Source of the DNA: Candidatus Binatia bacterium
GTDB lineage: Bacteria > Desulfobacterota > Binatia > HRBIN30
Direction of reading: 5' to 3'
Assembly: GCA_038245295.1 (NCBI GenBank)
Contig: JBBRSP010000025.1
Coordinates: 20,562-84,561 of the forward strand
DNA: 64,000 bases
The notes beneath the pieces were generated by a model. That model had not been told where the DNA came from. It was given only the letters and a program-made list of their open reading frames with translations, and did not search any database. Positions 1-9,756 of this stretch are shown here, one piece after another; positions within the stretch are counted from its first letter, which is position 1, and each line of letters starts with the position of its first letter. Made by a program: the position numbers and the translations under genes.

Positions 1-127
1 AGTACTCCGGCGTCTTGTTCTCCTTGGCCGCCGTGTTGACCTTCTCGACCTCGTACGGAACTCCCAATTCTTCGAGCAGCCACAACGGACGTCCCGAGCG
101 CGACTGCGGTGAATGATACAGCTTCAT
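1..127 (-). CDS. Glutathione S-transferase family protein, N-terminal part (runs off window edge)
   Basis: Own translation MKLYHSPQSRSGRPLWLLEELGVPYEVEKVN...KTPEY; GAAGGAGG RBS upstream of ATG at 127. Confidence 0.85.
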   Translation of the reverse strand, partial: MKLYHSPQSRSGRPLWLLEELGVPYEVEKVNTAAKENKTPEY

Positions 128-238
128 CTTCGCCTCCTTCATTGAATTAGTTGTTCGAGGCATGCTGATCGTCTGCATCGTCGCAGTCTAGAGGGGGCGA
201 GGATATTGGTTTCATTTCGCGGTCAACCGTCGTCGCCA

Positions 239-307
239 CCGCAAGCTAGAGCTGCGCCTGCCATTTCGCTGCGTGGCGGATCGGTAGGCGCAAGCTTCAG
301 CTTGCGG
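239..307. repeat. Inverted REP-like doublet (GTAG-type)
   Basis: CCGCAAGCTAGAGCTGCGCCTGCC (239-262) is an imperfect reverse complement of GGTAGGCGCAAGCTTCAGCTTGCGG (283-307); intergenic. Confidence 0.6.
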
Positions 308-337
308 GGTCTAAACGTCCCGACTGCAGGTTGCCAG

Positions 338-832
338 CTACAGCCGCGCCAACTGCTTCGCCGTCATTAGCCAGCGTAAGATCGCGCCGGATCGGGGCGG
401 AAAGCCGCTGACGCGCAGCGCCGCAACGGAAGCTTTCTTGAACTCGACGGGTGCCAGACCGGGCGAGCTGGTCAGAAGATAAGATATAAGCTCGCTGAGA
501 TCGGGTTCATGGCCGACGAGCAGGACTCGGCTCGCCGAGGCCGCACAGTGCAAGGCTCGCACAGTCGCCGGGGCGGCCCCACCGGCGGCAAGCTCCGGCA
601 GTTCTTCGAGGGTGCACTCGGGAAATGCGTGCGCCACGATGCTCGCTGTTTCGACGCTACGCACCAGCGGGCTCGTAAAGATCACGCCGGGTGCAACGCC
701 GAGACGGCTGAGTCCGCGCGCCACCTGAGCCGTGCGTCGGCGACCGCGATCGGTGAGGCGCCGGTCGGCGTCTCTGCCACTCGGCGCCGCTTCTTCGGCC
801 ATTCCGTGCCGCATGATGTAGAGGATCGACAT
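338..832 (-). CDS. sixA: Phosphohistidine phosphatase SixA
   Basis: RHG motif (MRHGMAE), D-R-LT-G, SPLVR, VGHEPD. Confidence 0.9.
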   Translation of the reverse strand: MSILYIMRHGMAEEAAPSGRDADRRLTDRGRRRTAQVARGLSRLGVAPGVIFTSPLVRSVETASIVAHAFPECTLEELPELAAGGAAPATVRALHCAASASRVLLVGHEPDLSELISYLLTSSPGLAPVEFKKASVAALRVSGFPPRSGAILRWLMTAKQLARL

Positions 833-924
833 AGTCCTTCCTTACACCCGAGTGGCGGAGACACAAATGCGTTCAATCGATCGCGAACCCTGGCGTGGGT
901 GATGCCGAGCGCCACGCTCGGGTG

Positions 925-1827
925 TCAGTGCAGCTTGGATCGGACCGCCTCGAGGCGCTTCGCAACCATCGGCGCACACAGCCGGCGAGCCGCCCTGGCC
1001 GCCCGCCGCGTCTGCAGCTTCGCATCGGCTTCCAGCGTTTTCTCGATCTTCGCCAGCCGTGCCGCAGGCAGCGTACCCAGACGTTTCCACTGCTGCGCCC
1101 ACTCGAGGCTCACTGCGGCGTCATGGAACTCCCCCAACCGCTTCTGCGCCTCGGTAAAGTCCTCCAGCAAGCGCGTTCCCGACTTCCCTGCGTTCGGGGC
1201 AACGAGCTCGAGGAGGTAGCGTAGTTGTTTGATCTTGAGACGAACCGGGTGCAGCGCCTCGCTATCGTCGACGCCTTTGTCGATCGCTGCCCTCAGCCGA
1301 TCATACTGTTTACCCAAGGCTTTGCGCGCTTGTTTAAACGCGGAGCGGCCAGCCGCCGGGTGTTTGCCCGCGGCAATCGCCGTTAGCGAAGACAGTAGGC
1401 CCCGATATCGCGCCGAGTCCAACATCGATTGCGCCTGTCTCAACGCGTCGTGGCGACGCTCCTGCTGAGCACGCCGCAGCGCCTCGAACGCCGGTTTTGG
1501 CAATGCCTTCTCCAGCAACCCTGGAAGACGCTCCAACTGAACATCGATGTCGCGCAGCGGCCCCATGCCACGCCCGAGCCAGCGCAGCGCACGACCTAGC
1601 CGTTTGGCATCAAGCGCGTCGACGCCACCGCCGAACACCCGGAGCCCGGAACGCAGTCGTCGTGTCGCCACACGAATCTGATGCGCCCCTTCCGGGTCGC
1701 TGTCGGCGCGTGCGGTCGCCTCGGCCAGGCGCAGGCGTGCCAGCACCGGTGCGACAACCTTGCGCAGAGCGTCGGCACGGGTGTCGCGATTCGACAGCAC
1801 CTCGGCGCTCTGCGTTGGCTGGGTCAT
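925..1827 (-). CDS. CHAD domain protein (polyphosphate-binding)
   Basis: HQIRVATRRLRS, RDIDV, LHPVRLKIKQLRYLLE, QKRLGEFHD; ppx/sixA context. Confidence 0.9.
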   Translation of the reverse strand: MTQPTQSAEVLSNRDTRADALRKVVAPVLARLRLAEATARADSDPEGAHQIRVATRRLRSGLRVFGGGVDALDAKRLGRALRWLGRGMGPLRDIDVQLERLPGLLEKALPKPAFEALRRAQQERRHDALRQAQSMLDSARYRGLLSSLTAIAAGKHPAAGRSAFKQARKALGKQYDRLRAAIDKGVDDSEALHPVRLKIKQLRYLLELVAPNAGKSGTRLLEDFTEAQKRLGEFHDAAVSLEWAQQWKRLGTLPAARLAKIEKTLEADAKLQTRRAARAARRLCAPMVAKRLEAVRSKLH

Positions 1828-2528
1828 TCGGGTTTCGGCTGTTGCAGGTACTCGGCGATGTGGCGCCGCAACTCGTTCTGGATCTTGTCGATCGAACGCC
1901 GTGCATCGACGGTGACGAAGCCGAAGTCGGTCGACAATTGGTTGTACTCACGAATCAAACGTGTCTGGTAGCGGCGGAAACTCTCGAAGATGTCGCTGCC
2001 CAGGGCGAGGTGCATCCCCGACTCCCAATAGTCCATGCCCTTGCCCTCGAGCACGCGCGGGATCAGGTTTTTCAGGTCAATCTTGAGATACAACACGAGA
2101 TCAGGCACCAGCGCCGTACCGAACAGGTCGTAGGTCCATTGGCGCCCGGCGCCCATGACGGCGTTGCGGGCAAACGCCGTATACATGTAACGATCGGCGA
2201 GAACGATGAACCCGGCACGCAGCGCGGGAATGATCTCGTTCTCGAGACGATCGGCGAAGTCAGCGGCGTAGAGCAGACTGAAGGTCGTCACCGTCAACTG
2301 GTGGCCGGCTTTTGCCTCGTTGATCGTTTCCTCGAGCAGCGGCGAACGTGTCCAGCCCGTGCTGGTAACGGCATGCCCCTGCACTTCGAGCCACGACTTC
2401 AGCAGCTCGATCTGCGTGCTGCGACCGACCCCGTCGGTACCCTCGACGACAATCAAGCTGCCGCGCAGCGGCCCAACCTTCAGATAAGGCAGGCCGTAGC
2501 CGAAGAATTTCTTGTCCTGGTCATGCAT
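1824..2528 (-). CDS. Thymidylate-kinase-like protein B (P-loop Lys replaced by Arg)
   Basis: LIVVEGTDGVGRSTQ, IVLADRY, PDLVLYL; start moved to ATG 2528, which overlaps the upstream stop. Confidence 0.85.
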   Translation of the reverse strand: MHDQDKKFFGYGLPYLKVGPLRGSLIVVEGTDGVGRSTQIELLKSWLEVQGHAVTSTGWTRSPLLEETINEAKAGHQLTVTTFSLLYAADFADRLENEIIPALRAGFIVLADRYMYTAFARNAVMGAGRQWTYDLFGTALVPDLVLYLKIDLKNLIPRVLEGKGMDYWESGMHLALGSDIFESFRRYQTRLIREYNQLSTDFGFVTVDARRSIDKIQNELRRHIAEYLQQPKPE

Positions 2529-3228
2529 CGTCTTTGCCCTTACGCCGGCTCGGCAGATCGCGACGGCCCGTGTAATTCTTGAGAACCTGGCTCGCCAAAT
2601 GGCGCACGACTTGCTGCTGCGCGTTGATCGAGCCGGTGGCGTCGACCGCTTGCAGAGCGAACTCATCAACACACTCGTCGTAGCGGCTCAGCACCTGGCC
2701 CTGAAACTTGCGGAAACTCTCGATCGGATCCGTGCTCAGGCGAAGATCCATTCCCGCTTCGTGGTACTTGAGTTTGGCGCGGCCGATCAGCAAGCGATCG
2801 AGCGCCGTCTCGAGCGGCAGGCGGAAGTACATGGCGAGGTCGGGCTTTGGCGCGAAGCCGTAGACGGCGCGCACCCAATCGGGATGGACACCGCGCGCCA
2901 CGTCGCGACTGAATGCCGTGTAGACGTAGCGATCGGCAAGAACGATCATCCCCGCGCGCAGCGGCGGCTCGATCATGTAGGTCAGGCGGTCGGCAAAATC
3001 GACGGCGTGCAGCAAGCAGAAGGTCGACGGCGTCAGGAGATCTTTCTTCTTGCCGCGTTTCATGGACCGTCGCACCAGGGCCGACGAGTTCCACTCGGTG
3101 AAGAAGACACGATACCCCTGCGACACCAGATAGCGGTGCAACAATGCCAGCTGGGTCGACTTTCCGGAGCCGTCGATGCCTTCGACGACGATCAGTTTAC
3201 CGGGATACGGATGCGGCTCTTTCAGCAT
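2521..3228 (-). CDS. Thymidylate-kinase-like protein A
   Basis: GKLIVVEGIDGSGKSTQ P-loop, IVLADRY, PDLAMYF. Confidence 0.88.
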   Translation of the reverse strand: MLKEPHPYPGKLIVVEGIDGSGKSTQLALLHRYLVSQGYRVFFTEWNSSALVRRSMKRGKKKDLLTPSTFCLLHAVDFADRLTYMIEPPLRAGMIVLADRYVYTAFSRDVARGVHPDWVRAVYGFAPKPDLAMYFRLPLETALDRLLIGRAKLKYHEAGMDLRLSTDPIESFRKFQGQVLSRYDECVDEFALQAVDATGSINAQQQVVRHLASQVLKNYTGRRDLPSRRKGKDDA

Positions 3229-4777
3229 GACGTCCTTCTACCTTCGCGATTTCGAACTCGATCTTCGTATCGAGCAGCTCTTCCAGGAGACCGGCACGCC
3301 GCCGCGCCTCCCACATCTCCAACTCGGCAGCGTCGCCATCGGTGTTCAAGCGCAAGACGAGGGCCTTATCCGAGTGGATGACGCTGATGTCATTGACCAC
3401 ACCGTAGTGAGACCGATCAAGACCATCGGCGACTCGCAGCAGCGCGCTGAGAGCTCGCACCGTGCGTCGTCCGGGCTTTGACAAGGCGGAATACCCCGGA
3501 TCGCCGTCGCGTGGCACACCCTTACGGTGGTAGCGCGCCACCAGGCCGATCATTTCGATCTCCTCGCGTTGGAAACCGAGCAGCTCACCGTTGGTGATCA
3601 GGTAGTACGAATGGCGCTGGTGATCGCTGTGGCTGATGTGGTGCCCGACATCGTGCATCAACGCGGCGTATTCCAACAGCTCGGCCGATTCCGGGAAGAG
3701 CCCGAGGAAATCGTGCAGCTGGCCAAACAGCACCAAGGCCAGACGAGCAACGTGCGCCCCGTGTGGCCCGGTCTCACCCAGGTGCCGCGCCAATCGCACC
3801 ACGCTGCGGCGGCGTGGATCCTCAAACCTGTCCGCCTCGTCGATGCTGCTGCCGTGGCGCGCCACGAAGTCCAGCAACACGCCCTCGCGCAACGCCCAGG
3901 TGCAGGCCACCATCCGTTTGGCCCCGGTCGTGCGCAGGACGTACTCGGCCAGACACACACCGGGCACGACGAAGTCGACACGCTTCGTATCCATGCCTTT
4001 GACACGCCCGCGTTCTTCACGATCGGCTTTGATGATCGTACGCCGCACCCGCGCGATGTCTTCGTCGGCGACGGTGTAGTTGTTCAGGGAGCCCTCTGGG
4101 CGATCGGCACGCAGGTAGCCGGCGATCGAAACGATGTTCAGCAACGTGCCCGAGGTGACGACGATGCGCTGCACATTACGCGTCTTGGCAGTCTCCAGAA
4201 TGGTCTTGAGCTGCGTCGCGAAGACGCCTTCCAGTTCCTCCAGAGCACGCGCCGTCGGACGGTCGGCGTCGACATACTTCTCACTGAGGCGCGAAACGCC
4301 GAGCTTGAAGCTTTCCAACGCCACGGCACGATCACCATCATTGACGATCATCTCGACGCTGCCGCCGCCGGCATCGACGATCAGCGTCGGCTCGGTGCGC
4401 AGATCGATGGCGTGGCGCACGCCGAGATGGATGAAACGCGCCTCTTCGCGGCCGGGGATGACTTTCACGCGCAGACCGACTTCATCCTTGATGCGCTGAA
4501 CGAAGTCACCACCGTTGCGCGCTTCACGCACGGCACTGGTTGCCACCGCCACCGTGCGCTGAACGCCGTGACGTTCGGCCAGCTTCTTGAATGTCGAGAG
4601 AGTCTGCACGCCGAGGTTCATGGCGTCGGCGGACAGACGGCCGTTGAGGAGAGAGCGCTGCCCTAGACGAACCATCTCTTTGGCTCGGTCGAGAACCCGC
4701 AAGCGGCCGTCGCGCTCCACCTGCGCCACAACCAGGTGAATCGAGTTGCTGCCAATGTCGATGGCTGCGGCGCGCAT
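3197..4777 (-). CDS. ppx: Exopolyphosphatase Ppx/GppA family with C-terminal HD domain
   Basis: AAIDIGSNSIH, ATSAVREARN, DAGGGSVE, ALREG, MHDVG, LLRVADGLDRSH. Confidence 0.95.
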   Translation of the reverse strand: MRAAAIDIGSNSIHLVVAQVERDGRLRVLDRAKEMVRLGQRSLLNGRLSADAMNLGVQTLSTFKKLAERHGVQRTVAVATSAVREARNGGDFVQRIKDEVGLRVKVIPGREEARFIHLGVRHAIDLRTEPTLIVDAGGGSVEMIVNDGDRAVALESFKLGVSRLSEKYVDADRPTARALEELEGVFATQLKTILETAKTRNVQRIVVTSGTLLNIVSIAGYLRADRPEGSLNNYTVADEDIARVRRTIIKADREERGRVKGMDTKRVDFVVPGVCLAEYVLRTTGAKRMVACTWALREGVLLDFVARHGSSIDEADRFEDPRRRSVVRLARHLGETGPHGAHVARLALVLFGQLHDFLGLFPESAELLEYAALMHDVGHHISHSDHQRHSYYLITNGELLGFQREEIEMIGLVARYHRKGVPRDGDPGYSALSKPGRRTVRALSALLRVADGLDRSHYGVVNDISVIHSDKALVLRLNTDGDAAELEMWEARRRAGLLEELLDTKIEFEIAKVEGRHAERAASVSR

Positions 4778-4831
4778 CGTCGGGATATCGCGGAGGCGTC
4801 GCTCTGGGTCAAGCGAGTGCCTCGGCGGTCG

Positions 4832-5668
4832 CTACTCGGCTGCGACGCGAACTCGACATGTAACGCCGTTCACCGGTTGGCCTTGCAGATCGGTCGCCTG
4901 GGCGACTGTACAAGGGAAGCTCTCACTTACCGGAGGCATCGTGCCCGACTGACAATCAAACTTCACTTCCTCAAAGTCGGCCGCCGGAATCGACGTCGTG
5001 CCGCCGTCGTAGCTTGTCTCCAACTTCGCATCGGCCGGATTCGCGTCGTCGTCATTGAGCTGGAGAAATCCGTTGACTCCGGTCAGGTCGGTGACACGAT
5101 CATACACGCTGGAATCAGCGCCGGTTCCAGGAATCGAAACGGTGGTCGGATAGCCGAGATTCAGGCTCAAGGTGCCGACCTCGGGGACAGCGCTGACATT
5201 GTAGGCCAGCGTCACCGTCACCTTAAGGTTGATACACGCCGCCGGTGGCGTCGGTGTCGCTGTCGGGACAGGTGTCGAGGTTCGCGTCGGCGTCGGTGTG
5301 AATCGAGCGCCGCATGTCGACAAATCAAAGAGACATCCGATCGAGCAATTCGGATTTTGGCCAACGTATCCGAGCGAGGCGCACGTCTCGCCGTTCAGGT
5401 TGCGGGTGTCGCAGTCTTCGTGGGGATTGCCCGTCGAATTGACATAGGTGTCACCGCAGGTGGCCCTCACACAGGTGCTCAGGCAATCGTCGTTGTCCAG
5501 CAAGTTGCCATCGTCGCATTGTTCGCCGGCGTCGAGGTGTCCATTGCCACACTTTGCAAAATCCGGACTGGAAGCAGCGTCGCTGCACCCGGCCAGCAGG
5601 AGCGCCAGGGACGCCGCGGCAAAAAGACGTGGGACCAAAGCGGCGACCGTGTGGGCATAACTCGACAT
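4832..5668 (-). CDS. Lipoprotein with myxobacterial-type Cys-rich repeats, Pro/Thr linker and C-terminal cohesin-like domain
   Basis: Lipobox LLAGC; CGNGHLDAGEQCDDGN repeat; C-terminal ~130 aa similar to those of the 5695 and 12453 genes. Confidence 0.75.
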   Translation of the reverse strand: MSSYAHTVAALVPRLFAAASLALLLAGCSDAASSPDFAKCGNGHLDAGEQCDDGNLLDNDDCLSTCVRATCGDTYVNSTGNPHEDCDTRNLNGETCASLGYVGQNPNCSIGCLFDLSTCGARFTPTPTRTSTPVPTATPTPPAACINLKVTVTLAYNVSAVPEVGTLSLNLGYPTTVSIPGTGADSSVYDRVTDLTGVNGFLQLNDDDANPADAKLETSYDGGTTSIPAADFEEVKFDCQSGTMPPVSESFPCTVAQATDLQGQPVNGVTCRVRVAAE

Positions 5669-5694
5669 GTCGGCATAGCTCCTTGTCTATCGGC

Positions 5695-6696
5695 TCAGAG
5701 AATCGCCACCGAACAGGTGACGCCTTCAATCGGTTGAAAGTTCGTGCCCGAGGCTTCTTTGACGCTGCAGACAAACTCGGATGGCGACGGAGAAGCAGCG
5801 TTCAAACAGGCATCAAACTTCACATCAAAGACCTTGCCCACCGTAAGCGCGCGATTGCCGGCGATGCCGACGCTGAGCGCGTAGTCGAAGTCGAATGACC
5901 CAGCCAGGAACCCGCTTGGCGTGTTGACAACCGATGTCGCAACCGATTCGGCGTCGCCGGTGCCGGGAATCTGCACCGTGCCATCGGGATACTCCAGGAC
6001 GATCGTCATCGAGGCGATTGTCTTCCCGGCCGGAGGTGTAAACGACACGCTCACGGTTCGCTTTGTTCCGGATGGTGTGCAGGTGATTATCGTGCAATCG
6101 CTCGGACACGTGTCACTCGGCGGGTTGCTTACCGTGTTGCCGTCATCGCAGGTTTCGCCGGCTCCGATGATGCGGTCGCCGCAAACCGCCGAGCTCACCG
6201 TCGTGGCAGTGCGCGTGGCCGTTGCCGTGGGTGGCACCAGCATGGTGGTCGGTGTCGCGGTGGGAACATCAGTTGCCGTGCGGGTGGCGGTTGCCGTCGC
6301 CGGCTCTGTCGTGGATGTCGGCGTCAACGTCGGTGTCGCGGTGGCGACCACTTCGACGGTCGGCGTATCACTCGGGACAACTTCCGGTGTGTTCGTCGGT
6401 GTGGGCGCTTGCGTCGGTGTTTCCGTCCGGATCACGGCAGGACAGCCATTGAGGGCATTGTTTACGCCGGCGATGAGCTCATCGATCGTCACCTCGCCGC
6501 TTTGGTCGTTGTCGAAGACCACACATGCATTCACGCCGATGCTGCCGAGGGCGATGTTCACACCGAGGATCAGCTCGTCGACCGTAACCTCACCGTCTCC
6601 GCCGCAGTCGCCAATGCAGGCGCCACGCGCCGGCGCCGAGGTGGTTGTGAGCACGGCGGCGGCAAACAGAACGGACAGCAGAAGTGAACGATTCAT
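5695..6696 (-). CDS. Secreted protein: dockerin-like domain, Thr/Pro linker, Cys-rich repeat, cohesin-like domain
   Basis: Signal peptide; duplicated Ca-loop GDCGGDGEVTVDEL / DNDQSGEVTIDEL; CGDRIIGAGETCDDGN. Confidence 0.75.
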   Translation of the reverse strand: MNRSLLLSVLFAAAVLTTTSAPARGACIGDCGGDGEVTVDELILGVNIALGSIGVNACVVFDNDQSGEVTIDELIAGVNNALNGCPAVIRTETPTQAPTPTNTPEVVPSDTPTVEVVATATPTLTPTSTTEPATATATRTATDVPTATPTTMLVPPTATATRTATTVSSAVCGDRIIGAGETCDDGNTVSNPPSDTCPSDCTIITCTPSGTKRTVSVSFTPPAGKTIASMTIVLEYPDGTVQIPGTGDAESVATSVVNTPSGFLAGSFDFDYALSVGIAGNRALTVGKVFDVKFDACLNAASPSPSEFVCSVKEASGTNFQPIEGVTCSVAIL

Positions 6697-6709
6697 GGGA
6701 GCTCCTTGC

Positions 6710-9574
6710 CTATTGGTAGGTGTACGAGACGCCCAGCGCGAAGCGGACTCCCGTGCGGTAGCGGCGCTGCAGGTTGTCGCCTTGGGAAAACAGGTAGTTG
6801 TCGTTGAGCAGGTTCTCGATGCCGAGCTTCAGATTGAATGGCGTGCCAAATTCTTCGATTTTGCGCGTCAGGACGAAATCCAACTGATCGCGGCGCTCTT
6901 CGTAGATATCAGGGAGGCCGCTGGCGCCGACCTTGTCGATGCGCCGTTCCGCCGTGTTGTAGAGCAAACGTGCCGTACCGAGCTGCTTGGTCGTGTACTC
7001 CAGACCGGCGTTGACGACGAACGGCGCCTGGCCCTGCAACGCGCGCTTCGTCTCGGTCTGTTGCTGGGCGACACCGAGCGGCACGTTGACGGTGGAGTCG
7101 ACGTACGAAACGTTGGTCGACAAGCTGAGTCCGTCGAGCGACGGAGACAGGAAGTCCAAGCCCTTGCGACCTTCGAACTCGAACCCGAGCAAGTCTCCGT
7201 TGTCGGCGTTGCTGAAGGAGTCGATCAGGCTGGAGCCGTTTTGCACCACGGTTTGCTCGATCGGCTTGTCGAGGTGCTTCTGGAACAAGCTGAATGATAC
7301 GATGTCGCTGCCCGAAAGAAACCATTCCCACCGCAGGTCGAGACTGCGGATCTGAGCCTGCACCAGATCCGGATTGCCTTGCTTCGGACGCAGACCACGC
7401 GCCTCGGGGTACAACACCGGCGACAACTCGCGGAACTCCGGTCGAGCGACCGCCTCACTGTACCCAAAACGAACATTCATGTCCTCGCGCGGGCTGTACA
7501 CGAGGTTGATGCCCGGCAGCGCATCCAGGGTATTCTTCTTGGGGAAGTAGGGGCGTCCGCTCTGATCCGTCGTGTTCAGCGCGATATACGAATATTCGGT
7601 GCGTACCCCGGCATTCAGGCGCACGGCGTGTTCGCGCTGCCCCTGGTCGTTGCGAATTCCGGGGAAGAGCGGGAGATCGAACTGCCCATAACCGGCGGCA
7701 ATCTCATGAGTGGCCTTGAAGGTTTCGCCGGGCAGCGTCTCTTCCTTGAAGTCGATGCCACGGCCAAAGCCGATGTTCTCCGGTGCGAGGATCTGTTCCG
7801 TCGGTTCCAAAAGAAGCCCCGGCGGAATGAACTCGGTGTGGCTGAGCTGGTACTGGAAGCGGCGCAGTGAAAAGTCGCGGTCGCGATAGGCGAACGACGG
7901 GCCGAACTTGAACTTCGCCAACATTCCGTCCCACAACTCGGTGTACGGCATCGTGACCTTGAAGGGCACGGTGAAATCAACAGCGGAATCGGTGAGTGTC
8001 TCGTTCAGATTGGCATAGAACCGTGTGCCTCCGGAGCCATCGTTCGAGTACGATCCGTAAGGCGTTTGATCGATCGATTCACGCGTGATGATGCGCGTGT
8101 CCGGCTGATCGCTGGTGGTCTCCGAGAACGCCGTGCGCCAACTCACATCGACCAGCGAGAAGTGATGGTCGCCGGCGAGCTGCCCGAAGGCGAGAAGATC
8201 TTCCTTAAACGTTAGCTTGGTTGTTTGGCGTAATCCCGTCGAGTTCGAACACGCTCCGTTGCCGCATGTTCCGGTGCCGACGGCGACCTCGTCGGTGCTG
8301 TTACGGTTGACGAAGCTGCGCAGGGCGAATTTGTGGTCGTCGGAGAGGTGGTAGGCCGACGTCAGCACTCCACCGAGACGCGTCTCGAAGGTGTCGAAGT
8401 CGTAGGCGAAGTCGTCGTTCTTGAGGATCTCGCCCTGCCCACTCGTGTTGGCGTTGATGAACTGTCGCTCGAGTTGATGATTCCTGGTCTTGTAATTCGT
8501 GCCGTAGATCCCAGACAGCGACGCACCGATTGGGCCCCATTGATTGCCCGCCGAGAAGTTGATGCCGATCCCCGGCACCGCCGACTGCGTGCTTGGCGTC
8601 CAGATATCTTTCAGGGATTGTCCATATGCCTGGCGCTGTGCCGGCGCACCGGCCTGAAGACGATCGGGAAAATTGCTCGGCAGGGCACGCGACGCGGCGC
8701 CGAAGCCGAAATACTCCTCGGTGCCTCCCGCGTGGTACGTCCGGAAGGTCTTGAAGGTGGTTTGCGGGTTGTACTCGGTGTTGAGGCCGATGTTCAACAT
8801 CGGGCTGTCGGGGTGATCGCGCAGACTGATGCTGGCAAGACCGCCCGAGAAATCTCCCGGCAGATCCGGGCTGTAACTTTTCAGGAGCGAAATGGATTCG
8901 ATGAAGCTGGCTGGAAAGAGGTCGAGCGGCACGACGCGGCGTTCCGGGTCCGTACTCGGCAACCGGCTGCCGTTCAGCAAGGCGCTGGTGTAGCGCTCGT
9001 TGAGACCACGCACGACGATGAACTTCGAATCTTTGACGGTAACCGCAGGGACGCGAGCCATCACGTCACCGGCGGTCGAGCCGGTGGATTTCTTGATTGT
9101 TTCGGCGCTGATGTTGTCGCTGACGACGGCGGCGCTCTTGCGCTGAATCATCTGCGTCGCCTCGGCAGCCTTGTCGGCCTGCGCAACAACTTCGACGACC
9201 TGCATCGCCCCTTGTCCTTGCGGGGCCAGGGCGGTGTCGGTCGTGGCTGTCTGCGCCGATTGCACGACAACGTTCTGGATTCGGGTTCCTTGATAGAGCG
9301 GAGCGAAGAAGCGCACCTCGTAGCGACCCGGCGGCAAGCTCACTTTAAACTTGCCGTCGAGGTCGGTGCGGATCTTCTTGCCGGTACCGATCACCTCGAC
9401 ACCCGCATCGATGATCGGTTCGCCGCTCGCTTTATCGATGACCTTGCCGCCAATCGCGCCCGGCGCTGCTGCGGCCGTGTCGGGTGTCTGGGCCGAGGTG
9501 ATGCCCCGCCAGCCAATGATGGTCACACAAACTAGAGCGACGATCATCGCTGCGCTCGCCCGATTGATTCTCAT
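6710..9574 (-). CDS. TonB-dependent receptor with N-terminal carboxypeptidase-regulatory-like domain
   Basis: GKVIDKASGEPI, plug VRGLNERY...LDLFP, RPEFREL, GNPDL, C-terminal GVSYTYQ; GAGGAAG RBS before ATG 9574. Confidence 0.93.
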   Translation of the reverse strand: MRINRASAAMIVALVCVTIIGWRGITSAQTPDTAAAAPGAIGGKVIDKASGEPIIDAGVEVIGTGKKIRTDLDGKFKVSLPPGRYEVRFFAPLYQGTRIQNVVVQSAQTATTDTALAPQGQGAMQVVEVVAQADKAAEATQMIQRKSAAVVSDNISAETIKKSTGSTAGDVMARVPAVTVKDSKFIVVRGLNERYTSALLNGSRLPSTDPERRVVPLDLFPASFIESISLLKSYSPDLPGDFSGGLASISLRDHPDSPMLNIGLNTEYNPQTTFKTFRTYHAGGTEEYFGFGAASRALPSNFPDRLQAGAPAQRQAYGQSLKDIWTPSTQSAVPGIGINFSAGNQWGPIGASLSGIYGTNYKTRNHQLERQFINANTSGQGEILKNDDFAYDFDTFETRLGGVLTSAYHLSDDHKFALRSFVNRNSTDEVAVGTGTCGNGACSNSTGLRQTTKLTFKEDLLAFGQLAGDHHFSLVDVSWRTAFSETTSDQPDTRIITRESIDQTPYGSYSNDGSGGTRFYANLNETLTDSAVDFTVPFKVTMPYTELWDGMLAKFKFGPSFAYRDRDFSLRRFQYQLSHTEFIPPGLLLEPTEQILAPENIGFGRGIDFKEETLPGETFKATHEIAAGYGQFDLPLFPGIRNDQGQREHAVRLNAGVRTEYSYIALNTTDQSGRPYFPKKNTLDALPGINLVYSPREDMNVRFGYSEAVARPEFRELSPVLYPEARGLRPKQGNPDLVQAQIRSLDLRWEWFLSGSDIVSFSLFQKHLDKPIEQTVVQNGSSLIDSFSNADNGDLLGFEFEGRKGLDFLSPSLDGLSLSTNVSYVDSTVNVPLGVAQQQTETKRALQGQAPFVVNAGLEYTTKQLGTARLLYNTAERRIDKVGASGLPDIYEERRDQLDFVLTRKIEEFGTPFNLKLGIENLLNDNYLFSQGDNLQRRYRTGVRFALGVSYTYQ

Positions 9575-9644
9575 GCACCACTTCCTCATTTTCGAAACTG
9601 CCCAAGCGGGCACCGCCGTCAGCATCGGTCGTCCGACGCCGAGA

Positions 9645-9700
9645 TCAATACCGATGGGGCGTGCGGATTCGGTTACGGCGACGTTAACATTCGATGACAG
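9645..9700 (-). promoter_or_regulatory. Pho-box-like array plus -10 element, TBDR promoter
   Basis: Minus strand GTCAT-n6-TTAAC-n6-GTAAC-n6-CGCAC, then 10 nt, then TATTGA. Confidence 0.6.
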
Positions 9701-9756
9701 CGCCCATGCCTCTATTGAGGGATCGTGCCGCGATACGTAACCGCGGCCGATGACAC

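Noticed and set aside
1824..3228. Assigning the symbol tmk
   Set aside because: Duplicated, one altered P-loop, polyP context; housekeeping function not supported
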